Source of the DNA: Nemertoderma westbladi | Lineage: Eukaryota; Animalia; Xenacoelomorpha | Assembly (NCBI GenBank): GCA_032718475.1 | Contig: JAUCBJ010005501.1 | Location: forward strand, 1-45,562 | Direction of reading: 5' to 3' | DNA: 45,562 nt | Part shown: positions 35,809 to 45,562 of the stretch, piece by piece | Position numbering within the stretch: the stretch's first letter is position 1 | How the letters are laid out: the number at the start of each line of letters is the position of its first letter | The notes under the pieces: model-generated | The model's database searches: none | The model's input: the letters and a program-made list of their open reading frames with translations, nothing else | Told to the model about the DNA's origin: nothing | Program-made: the position numbers and the translations under genes

Positions 35809-36271
35809 TGTTGGGTAATATGTATAAAGGTATAATAGTCCGACAGTTGATATAATGTAGTATGACACAATAGGTAATATATAATGGCGGTAGCGGACGG
35901 TGACAGAAGTCCCCGTTCCACCCTACTGATCTGACTGAGTAAACTGAATAACTGACCGGTATGATTACTGGTAACTGGTTATATTGCACGGTGGCCTTAT
36001 TGCTACTCAATCGATGCCTTTCCCCCCTCTGATTGGTTGATACCCCTGTTGGCACCCTTTGCCCCCCTCTGAAGTGCTTCCCTTCGCCCTTGCTGTTCTC
36101 TCTCTTGTCAGGGGAGTAACCCCTGACCCTTATTGTGTGTGTCTCCTTTGGGGCCTATTGTCCCCGTTTACTGGGCTGACACGAGGTTGATTGGTAATCA
36201 ACCTCGTGCTCCCAATATTGCTTTATGGCTCACTCTATGGGTTTGTGTTAGCGGAATTGGATAAGCTAACA
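35809..36271 (-). repeat. 5' LTR (inner boundary inferred)
   Basis: Starts TGTTAG; putative end CCAACA at 35809 gives TGTT/AACA termini. Only 35959-36271 is confirmed by the second copy; no PBS recognised. Confidence 0.55.
35950..36036 (-). promoter_or_regulatory. LTR Pol II core promoter
   Basis: Minus strand CCAATCAG (~36036-36029), TATAA starting at 35983, Inr-like TCAGTT with A at 35953, i.e. TATA at -30. Confidence 0.6.
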
Positions 36272-37031
36272 CTGAAAGTTAACATCTTCTACAACTTTGT
36301 TATTTACTAACGGTTTAGACTGAAACTTGGTAGGCATCTACTACAGCATAGGCTGTACCTTTCCGGAGTCACAGAGTTGTATACAGTCCCCCCATCTGCC
36401 ACTAGATGGCGACATATCTGATAGTGAACACCTCATCCCATTTGGTTCTTTTTAATCCTATTGAGCTGGAACTTGGCAGGAATCTACTACACTACAGCAT
36501 ATTCTGTATCTTTTTACGGAGTCCTAGAGTCGTCTACAGTTCTTCAGTCTACCGCTAGAGGGTGAAATGTTTGAATATGAACATCTACACCAATTTTGTT
36601 ATTTACAATCTGTTTAAGCTGAAACTTGAAAGGCAGGCATTTTACTTCACCATAAACCCCATCTTTACCAAACTGCAGCGCCGTCTGCATTTCACCAGTC
36701 CGCAGGTAGAGGGTGGATCTGAAAGTGATAATTTTCTGGAAATTTTGTTATTTACAATCTGCCTAAAGTTGAAACTTGACAGTTATCTCTTATGAGGGTG
36801 GTGTTTTATTTAATGATGGTGTCTGTTCCGTATGCAGTTCTCAAATCTCCCACACATATTCATATATCATCTGCACGTGCACTAGAAAGCTGTGGCCCGA
36901 AGGGCCACAGGCTTTCTAGTAATACATATAATAATGATTATCGTAAATCAATTTTGTTTTTTTTTAAATGTTCCAAATGCCAGTTTCATAAAAATCACGT
37001 TCTTTGATGGAAAATATACTATGTATACGAA

Positions 37032-37140
37032 GGCGGGGTAGCTCAGTTGGTTGAGCGCCGAGCCTATAATCTATTGGATGAAGGTTCGAGCCCCGCCAAG
37101 GTCCACTCAGCCTTTCACCCACTGATAAAATAGAAGCAGT
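37032..37140 (+). mobile_element. tRNA-derived SINE head
   Basis: GGCGGGG (37032-38) pairs with CCCCGCC (37091-97); A box TAGCTCAGTTGG; D-arm GCTC/GAGC; B box GGTTCGAGCC; followed by CCACTCAGCCTTTCACC...GATAAAAT. Confidence 0.8.
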
Positions 37141-37154
37141 TGAATAAAACTTGG

Positions 37155-38544
37155 GATAGGAGTAGCGACCACCCCTACAACCCTACCTTCGGGTAGCAAA
37201 TAGGAGTAGCGTCCACCCCTACAACCCTACCTTCGGGTAGCAAATAGGAGTAGCGTCCACCCCTACCTTCGGGTAGCAGATAGGAGTAGCGTCCACCCCT
37301 ACCTTCGGGTAGCAGATAGGAGTAGCGCCCACCCCTACCTTCGGGTAGCAGATAGGAGTAGCGCCCACCCCTACCTTCGGGTAGCAGATAGGAGTAGCGC
37401 CCACCCCTACCTTCGGGTAGCAGATAGAAGTAGCGCCCACCCCTACCTTCGGGTAGCAGATAGGAGTAGCGCCCACCCCTACCTTCGGGTAGCAGATAGA
37501 AGTAGTGCCCACCCCTACAACCCTACCTTCGGGTAGCAAATAGGAGTAGCGTCCACCCCTACCTTCGGGTAGCAGATAGGAGTAGCGTCCACCCCTACCT
37601 TCGGGTAGCAGATAGGAGTAGCGCCCACCCCTACCTTCGGGTAGCAGATAGGAGTAGCGCCCACCCCTACCTTCGGGTAGCAGATAGGAGTAGCGCCCAC
37701 CCCTACAACCCTACCTTCGGGTAGCAAATAGGAGTAGCGTCCACCCCTACCTTCGGGTAGCAGATAGGAGTAGCGTCCACCCCTACCTTCGGGTAGCAGA
37801 TAGGAGTAGCGCCCACCCCTACCTTCGGGTAGCAGATAGGAGTAGCGCCCACCCCTACCTTCGGGTAGCAGATAGGAGTAGCGCCCACCCCTACAACCCT
37901 ACCTTCGGGTAGCAAATAGGAGTAGCGTCCACCCCTACCTTCGGGTAGCAGATAGGAGTAGCGTCCACCCCTACCTTCGGGTAGCAGATAGGAGTAGCGC
38001 CCACCCCTACCTTCGGGTAGCAGATAGGAGTAGCGCCCACCCCTACCTTCGGGTAGCAGATAGGAGTAGCGCCCACCCCTACCTTCGGGTAGCAGATAGG
38101 AGTAGCGCCCACCCCTACCTTCGGGTAGTAGATAGGAGTAGCGTCCACCCCTACCTTCGGGTAGCAGATAGGAGTAGCGCCCACCCCTACCTTCGGGTAG
38201 CAGATAGGAGTAGCGCCCACCCCTACAACCCTACCTTCGGGTAGCAAATAGGAGTAGCGTCCACCCCTACCTTCGGGTAGCAGATAGGAGTAGCGTCCAC
38301 CCCTACCTTCGGGTAGCAGATAGGAGTAGCGCCCACCCCTACCTTCGGGTAGCAGATAGGAGTAGCGCCCACCCCTACCTTCGGGTAGCAGATAGGAGTA
38401 GCGTCCACCCCTACCTTCGGGTAGCAGATAGGAGTAGCGCCCACCCCTACCTTCGGGTAGCAGATAGGAGTAGCGCCCACCCCTACCTTCGGGTAGCAGA
38501 TAGGAGTAGCGCCCACCCCTACCTTCGGGTAGCAGATAGGAGTA
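37155..38544. repeat. 36-bp minisatellite, ~38 copies, with higher-order structure
   Basis: Unit CCCTACCTTCGGGTAGCAGATAGGAGTAGCG(C/T)CCAC. An 8-bp insert coupled to a CAAATAGG variant recurs at spacings of 296, 188, 188 and 332 bp. Confidence 0.97.
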
Positions 38545-38551
38545 CCCTATT

Positions 38552-39945
38552 TTGGTTACCCTATGTTGGTTACCCCAAATGGTATACCCGACGCAAAGAA
38601 AGTCAACAGGCCGGACGGGCGGACCGCACCCAACGGGAGAATCTGTACAGCATCCTTCGAACCCATTGGAAGCACAGGCAATGGGAATGGCAACACTTAT
38701 CGATGCACTCAAGACCAGAATCGAGCTACCACCAGTAGAGCCATTTAAATTCGACGGAAGCAGACCGGAAGAATACCTGCAATTCCGGCGCATGTACAGC
38801 AACGAGATATTAACTAAGAACCTGACGCAGGCAGAGTGCCTAAAATATTTACAGGTATACACATGAGGCCCAGCGTACGACATCGTGAGGCAGTATCAGG
38901 GCATCGAGGGTGGCTTCACGACTGCATGGCGGGCCCTAGACAGGGAGTACGGACACCCTGCCAAGATCATCCGGCAGACCTTAAGGGGTATAACTTCGGG
39001 TGGCCTACAGGATAACCCTGTTAACATAAAGACCTTTGCGACCAAGGTCGAAAAGGCGTTAAACATGCTGAAAACGCTAGATGCGCCATACAAACTCAAC
39101 GCATCTAATAATATCACCACGATAGCGCAGGCACTGCCAATCTGGCTGCGAAATAAATGGAGAAAGATCGCCTTCTCCACCCGGGAGAAGAAAGGTGCGG
39201 CACCGGGCCTAGAGGAAATGTCGAACTTCTTCAACTATGAAGCAGAGTTAATCATGGACCCAGTCTACAGCGATGATAGTCTGGGGAAGGCACCGAGGGC
39301 CGAATACAACAGGCCGAAACCAGTGCATAACGCGGCAAATGCGTTGCCAAAATTAAGACAATCCCTACCATACGCGGCGACACAGGGGACTGCAAGTCCA
39401 CAGATAGCTGGAAGTGGGGCCAGACTGTGGCATGAACAGGGACAAAATAACAACACGAACAAATATAATCCCAACATACCCAGTAGGTCAAACTCAAATA
39501 ACCAAAACATTAAACCGGAAGACGTAAACCTACGCGCAATACATGTAGGGTTATATAGGGAACGTTACAACCCAGAAAACAAATGTCAATTGCATAAAGA
39601 CAGAACCCATAAGACCATGGGCATTGGCAGGCATTACCCGAACAAGATCGAAAAGCCTATGCGGATAAGAATGGAATTTGTCACCGATGTGTGATAGGAG
39701 GACACAAGGTTGAAGAGTGTAAGGAGACACCAGTAAGATTCGGTCAAGGCAAAGGTCAAACAATGGCGACAAGCACCATAGGGGCGAAGAAAAGGGGAAC
39801 GGTACTACTCGGGATAGTGCCAGGGGAAGGCGGTCGATCAGTTACTACGCTGATGCTGGTCGACAGCGGAGCAGCCTTCACATTGGTGGAGAATTGGGTG
39901 GCCGAGGAGATAGGGCTAAAGACGAGGCCAAGTATTTTAATCAAT
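38552..39945 (+). pseudogene. BEL/Pao gag-protease relic
   Basis: IELPPVEPFKFDG..EEYLQF...KYLQVYT*GPA...AWRALDREYGHP...LPIWLRNKW (DUF1759-like Gag); in-frame TGA at 38864-66; frameshift at ~39620; GICHRCVIGGHKVEEC knuckle; aspartic protease MLVDSGA; truncated afterwards. Confidence 0.88.
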
Positions 39946-40417
39946 GGAAAGGACCTGAGTCATTTTTACAAAACTTGGCACAATAAAATTTTAACCAACT
40001 GAAACAAGTTGGTAGTTATCCTCACAATCCAGGTTGTTTTACTCCGCATTGCGTACTGGTACACTGTTTATCAAATACACTGTTCATAGCATAAGATACA
40101 AATGATAATGATTACATAGTCAATAAGATAGTACAGTAATAATTGCACAACTTCGGCAAGATTGCAGGTGTTTTGTCTCCGTCTTTCTGTGGATACTCAG
40201 AGAGCAGAATGACAATATCAAAACGCCATTAATGTAGATGTCTATATACTGTCGGTACTGATATGTATTCTATCTGAAAATCAGTACCAGTAACCACCAT
40301 TACACTAAAACCAGTATACTGCTATATATTAAAGCACGCAACTCAACATTGTATAGTAACCCGCCACCAGCTGTTCTGTATGAAAAGAGGATATAAGAAA
40401 ATGATTATATTGGTCTA

Positions 40418-40446
40418 TCCCCACCCCCTTTCCTTTTTTTTCCTTT
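40418..40446 (-). other. Possible polypurine tract of the Gypsy relic (a 3' LTR would lie to the left)
   Basis: Minus strand purine-rich run GGAAAAAAAAGGAAAGGGGGTGGGGA downstream of the integrase relic; no second LTR available to confirm. Confidence 0.3.
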
Positions 40447-40889
40447 CGATTTTGACAGTCAAAATCGTTAATGAATAAATTTACTATTTTCTTTTGAAGC
40501 CTTTCGCTTTGTTAATGCATTGTGTCGGGTTTACTTTCAGTTTCTGTTTAACTTTAATTTCCATACTCATCTAGTGTAAAATCTAAATTTTTCTTCAGTG
40601 ATATGGTCTAAGAAAACGTTGGTTTCGCCACCAGGTGCGTCACGATGGTAGCTTAACCATATAATGGCGGTTTCTACCCACACCAGCAATCGTACCAATA
40701 TGTGACCAGCGATTGGTATTGGAGTCTTGTACACGAACATTAGACCCGATTTTGAGGCTGGGTAGATCAGTAGTGGTGTGGTTGTATAATTCCTCTGTTT
40801 TCTCACGGTGAGTGGCAGTTGCTGTGTCTCTTTCATCAGCCTCGTCTCATCATCACTGTGATGCTTCACTTGGGGAGTCTCCGTCACAC

Positions 40890-41010
40890 GAGGACAATTT
40901 CTGAGTTCCATAAATCCTTGGAGGAACTCCTCAGAGTGAATGTCGGGTTGAGAATACTTTGCCAGTAATGACTTGAGTCGTTTTACTAATGCTTCAGCAT
41001 GATCATTACT
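40890..41010 (-). pseudogene. Ty3/Gypsy integrase relic, C-terminal part of the core
   Basis: SNDHAEALVKRLKSLLAK...FLQGFMELRNCPR continues the TPHYPTSN motif from the other side of the LINE. Confidence 0.75.
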
Positions 41011-42245
41011 ACTACTAGGAACGGCATGCTGCATTTCAGCTGCATTTTTAAGAATGCTGTGCCGGCTTGTCGACAAAATTGCGCCGCCACAACTCCCTAT
41101 CACCCATGACATTTGCTAGATCATCGGCATCTTCAAGGCCAGTGTCCTTTAAGATGCGCCTCAAGAAAGTCATGGGCTGTCCACCATGCTTATTCACTCC
41201 ATGAGGCTGCCAAAGTACAAGATTATGCACTGGCTGGTCCTCACGGCGAAAGCAATGTCCTGCAAAGCGGAGGCGATTTTGTTCTAGTGTCAAGCTTGGG
41301 GGAACCAATGAGACAACTCCAATGTTATATAGTGTCTGGTTGAAGATGTGAGCATTGTACTTGACACAATGAACCCGGCGTAGCATTCTTGTGAATGTGC
41401 CATCCAGAGATTTGGTGTCCTCAGCAGTTAGAGCCCAGCATGGACTCCCATAGAGGAGTACTGGAACTACCGCTGCTCTAAATAATCGGACCTTAAGTTT
41501 CCGATTAATTCTCGGTGACTTCCAAATCCTAGAAAGCCTATTGAAGGCGGCCCATGCCTTTCCCTTACGTATTCGAAGGTCCTCACCTGACTTCCGGATC
41601 CATGATCCCAGGTAACAGAAGTCGTCCACATGCCCAAGCATACCATCCTTTGAGCTTATGCTCATCCGATCAGAGACTTGCTGAGGGCTTTCAAAGTTAA
41701 CTGTCAAAATGTTGGTCTTTCTGGAGTTAATAAAAAGACCAACACTAGAAGCAGCATGTTCTAGTGAGCTGAGGAGCCGTTGGGCTCCCTCTAGTGATTC
41801 TGAGAGTACTCCTAAGTCATCAGCAAAGTCTAGATCAGGATCTAGATCAGGATTTCCTCGACTTCTGGAGCCAGTAGGTGGAGTAATTATAATTATCATC
41901 ATATCATCATATGATCATCATAATTATGATGATCTAAGGACATGCGTAGAACATAGTCAACCACAATTATGAACAAGAATGGTACAAGTGTGTCTCCCTG
42001 GAGGACGCCCCATAACACTTCAAATGGTTGTATCACCGTCAACAGTAGACACAAATGTTGCCGAACCATCGTATACTGATCTGATTGCTGCAATAATTTC
42101 GTCAGGAATCCCATATAATGAAAGTATGCTGAACATACGTGAGCGAGAGACTGAATCAAAGGCCTTGAAGAAGTCAACAAAGATAACAGCCAGATGCCTG
42201 TCTTTCTTTATTGATAACTCTTCAATTATCCTTCTAAGTGCCAAA
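41011..42245 (-). mobile_element. 5'-truncated RTE-clade LINE (reverse transcriptase pseudogene)
   Basis: FVDFFKAFDSVSR, GVLQGDTLVPFLF, LDFADDL, FCYLGS, VLLYGSPCW across three frames; (AGT)n tail; 12-bp TSD ATGATCATTACT at 40999-41010 and 42246-42257. Confidence 0.92.
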
Positions 42246-42790
42246 ATGATCATTACTGGTTGGGTAGTGGGGTGTGCTGGTTTTCCATGCAAAGCCACAA
42301 TATTTCCGGAAATCCCTGTTGAAACGGGCCGAAAATTGTGGTTCCTCATCAGTTCTTAATACAATTGGAACCCCCAAGTCTACAAAGTGTTTGCATAATA
42401 CACTTATTTGGCACATGGTGTTGTTTGCCACTCCGTGATGCTTGGGTAACCAGACAAGCAGTCAGTATATACCAAAAAAGGCATCTCATCAATTAAATAG
42501 GTCTGCAGTTGTGAGCTGAAATGTTCGGGTAGGTGGGTCATCTGCCTTGAGAGTTTCTTTCGGTAGACTTGGCAATCGCTGCTGACAGTGTTAGCATACC
42601 CGTGTCATTGCCTTAATGTCCCTGCTAATTGCGGGCCATTATACCGTTTGGCGCACACATTGTTTGGTACTCGTCACTCCTTGATGAGGACTATGAAGGC
42701 ATTCTAGAATATCACTTCGAGCAGCCTTTGGTGTGACTACGTGATCACCAAACAGGATGAAGTTGCAGTTTACCGACAGGGAGTCACTTA
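42246..42790 (-). pseudogene. Ty3/Gypsy integrase relic (H2C2 zinc domain and rve core)
   Basis: Manual minus-strand reading HSPHQGVT...WPAISRDI...C*HCQ, then FVDLGVPIVLRTDEEPQF...WKTSTPHYPTSN; several stops and frameshifts. Confidence 0.8.
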
Positions 42791-45562
42791 TAGATTTAAA
42801 AAGTGTTCGCGCTTTCAGACCTTTGGCAGTTTAACCCACCAAATTAAGATGTCTTCTAGATATTAAATCTGCTTTTAGTCTATGACAAGTATTTTATTCA
42901 CTACACTAGTCGAAACCAATCCGTGCGCGACCATTCACCCGCTGGATATTCCCGGGAGATTGGGTTCGACGGTTTAATTTTTATTGCTATGTAAGCCTAA
43001 TGTATTATTCGACTGACAGTATTATATAATCTCTGACAATATTATTCACCTTCGGTAATATTAACAGTTCCTTTAGGACGTGGCGCTTTATCTATATAAA
43101 CAGAGTTATGACTTAAACTACTCACAACGATATGGCTTAATTATAATCCACATATATGACGCATTCTTTAGGAATTGCTTCTTTAACAGACTCACTCATA
43201 CACTATGCTGCACAATACTGCACACTAATCTGCCAATCTTCACTGATTTTAGTCACATATAAAAGGAACACAGACTGAATCATGTAGGGTCTATCAAATA
43301 ACATTAGATTCACTTCAAACCACTTTAACATAAGTCACAATCGTTTATTTGTAACCCTTCTCTCTTACCTTAGGTATATCAAGAATATTGGGTTTAGGGG
43401 TTGTTTATCGTTATTCCAAATATAATTATTCATCAACCATATTATGAAGAACTGACGGTAAATAGCAGTATAAAACAACAATGAAAACACTGATTGTTAT
43501 GAGTTTGCAATGTTTCAGCAGTCAGCATGTATGATCAGTCAGCAGTCATCAGGAGTCGTTAGGTATGTTAAATTGCTGCAGTCCGTTAAAGGATATATGC
43601 CCTTTATAATTAAACCTACTAGTGTACGACTAAAAAACAGTAAGGCACAAAAATACTTCCAAGCCGTTCTTTCTTTGGCTCAAGACTCAATGTAAACACT
43701 GCACATAGGCATTGCGTCATTTCTCGGAAATTTTCTGTACAAGGAGCCACAAAAACGCTCTCATTGGCTGACTGAACTGAGAGACGCCGTAGAACAAAGG
43801 AAATCAACACGTATGAATGTCAGCTGTTAACCGTAGTCATAGTAACTACTGTTCAAGAGTAGCTATCACCCTTTTGCGTCACGAATTGCCATAGAATCAT
43901 AAAATATGCCTTTCACAGTACACATACGGAGGAAATAGGTCTTAGATCCTCTAAAAACACCGATACAGCAATAATACGGTCTCTTACACTTATTAAATCA
44001 ACTACAGAGTATTTTAATGTAAGAGATAATAAAAATAACGGGGCAATTCAGCAAAGGCTTTTACACCGCTCCCAGAAAATGGGATTTTCAGTCTATAAAA
44101 TATAAAAATCACAGTTTCTAAAACACAAAGATACTCTAAACAGTTAGTCTTTCTTGCGCGGACGGCGTTTACGCAGTTTTTTGAGGCTAGCAAGAGTCTT
44201 TTTCTCTTTGGGGGGAGCCACTTTACTAGGAGGGCCATAACTCCTGGGTGAAGGGTGCAATATGATTGCATCAGAAGGTGTAGGATTGTGGTCGAGGTAT
44301 CTGCCGCCTCGATCTGCTTCTCCTCGAGCTGATTTTCCTCCGCTCGTAGCTGGATACGTTCATCCAAAAACTCTCGCAGAGAATAGGATCGTCCAAGTTC
44401 GATAACTTCTTAGAGATTCTGGATTTCCCAATCGAATTGAGATAAGGCCAATTCGTTTATCGATTGGACTCACTGTTATAACTTACGTTTATCTGAACAA
44501 ACGCAGGCTTCCCTTTTGATCTTTATAAAATAGCGTTTAACTCGTTTCGTACAACGCTCTCCTTCACCTTGATGAGGGGTTGTATCGCGTTAAACGTGGA
44601 CGACCATACGGTTGGATAGTGATCTTAGGTGTCCGCGTCACAATCCGGCTAGGTAAGATGGACGGCTAGCTAGAAATCACTGTAGGAGTGTTACCGATTA
44701 ATTGTTAGGGTAGCACTAGATCTTGAACAGTGAATACCGTCCGCGAGGATCCGCGACACCACCAGGATCGCAGGTCTGAGGTCCAACTAAGGAATGAGGA
44801 GGTTTGACCGAGTATTCCGGGACTCTGATCGTAGGTTTACTCCAGGATCGTTCGAGCCGAGTGAGCATAGGTGATACGTCAACAAGTTTCGGTTTACGTG
44901 GATGTTTATGTCTTTCCGTTTATTAGTTGGGTCTAGGGCATTTATCGTCATAATACCAAAGACGCACGTCTGGGAGGGTAAACGCGGGTGATATTTGTTT
45001 GTTGTTACAATGCTTCTATCAAGAATTCCAAATATACGTTGGAGTTACCGCGTCCATTTGTTTCTTTAGTGTCTTTTCTTTAGAGTCGATTTCGAATAGA
45101 ATTTTCGCATTCGAATTTCAGTTTATGGTTCCGACTCCGCTGGGCAGGATATATAGTCGACATAGTCCGTATTGTGTAAATCGATAGGATGACCAGTAGT
45201 TAAGAAGCCCATATACGTACCATTACGCCGCGTATATCGAGCAGCGAATTTTCTATAGTCTAACTCGCGCGAGCTGCTCTTGGGACATTGGCGGTTCGAT
45301 ATAACGACCATCGTCCTCCGCAGCAGTTGGACTAACGTCGCCGCGTATTAAGCTATCAACAAACGCTTGCAAAAGTAGAGTATATCGCTCCCCGATACCA
45401 AGACCATCTTCTATCAACTCCGTCATATCTGCTATATATGAGTTTATCCATATTATAATGAGTTTATATTTAGGCGAGCGGGCGTCGCTGCCTACCCCAA
45501 TCAACCCCGGACAGTACGAGATCCTCAGCGCCGATGTGTCGTCGCCGCCGTACTTTCGCCAA

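Larger units (their letters stand above)
29547..36271 (-). mobile_element. Non-autonomous LTR retrotransposon related to BEL/Pao
   Basis: 315-bp direct repeats, polypurine tract before the 3' repeat, TG start, gag-type zinc knuckles; no protease/RT/RNase H/integrase motifs seen. Confidence 0.8.
8684..36919 (+). mobile_element. Tandem and nested array of a non-autonomous Helitron
   Basis: Starts A|TCTAATATATATAAA followed by (CTGT)n. Each unit ends with hairpin TGTGGCCC-GAA-GGGCCACA then CTAG; the last end is CTAG|T at 36919. Nine 3' ends (10025, 12276, 14693, 17536, 20612, 23841, 26055, 27978, 36919) and twelve 5' ends; no TSD; no RepHel ORF. Confidence 0.92.
27979..36919 (+). mobile_element. 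Last Helitron unit, interrupted by an LTR element
   Basis: Satellite sequence GAAATGT|CTGAAAGTTAAC is split at 29546/36272; ends hairpin-CTAG|T. Confidence 0.9.

Noticed and set aside
29545-36273. DIRS/Ngaro tyrosine-recombinase element (suggested by the missing TSD)
   Set aside because: No recombinase or RT ORF and no split or inverted terminal repeats; PPT-TG and BEL-type knuckles favour an LTR element.
37032-37100. Functional tRNA genes (also 3291, 11693, 790-865)
   Set aside because: Anticodon, T or acceptor arms are incomplete and the contexts are SINE-like.
37155-38544. CRISPR-like 36-bp repeat; ORFs of repeated ATPICYPKVGVG
   Set aside because: Units are contiguous with no unique spacers, there are no cas genes and the context is eukaryotic; 8-bp inserts break the frame.
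40567-41112. 181-aa ORF as a gene
   Set aside because: Chimera of the LINE 3' end and integrase relic read through the TSD.

Overview
Eukaryotic (most likely invertebrate animal) repeat-dense DNA with no recognisable host gene; nearly all listed ORFs are repeat artefacts or transposon relics. Left part (1-4.3 kb): decayed tandem duplications, a tRNA-derived SINE and a TIR DNA transposon (2311-3669). That transposon hosts a 12-bp-TSD-flanked insertion built from a ~406-nt unit carrying a tRNA-like Pol III promoter fused to a minimal type I hammerhead ribozyme (retrozyme-like); this is the best novelty candidate. 6.4-8.3 kb is a complex minisatellite. 8684-36919 is a 28-kb head-to-tail and self-nested array of a non-autonomous Helitron (TC...hairpin-CTAG, A|T site). 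Its internal 146-bp satellite carries roughly 90 co-oriented CTCF-consensus-like motifs. A young non-autonomous BEL/Pao-related LTR element (29547-36271, minus) with an unusual ~1240-aa frameshifted ORF sits in the last Helitron copy. To the right are a SINE head followed by a 36-bp cUUCGg-hairpin satellite, a BEL/Pao gag-protease relic, and a Ty3/Gypsy integrase relic split by a 5'-truncated RTE LINE with a 12-bp TSD. The last ~2.7 kb is unassigned. All coordinates and counts were read by eye; no searches were run.
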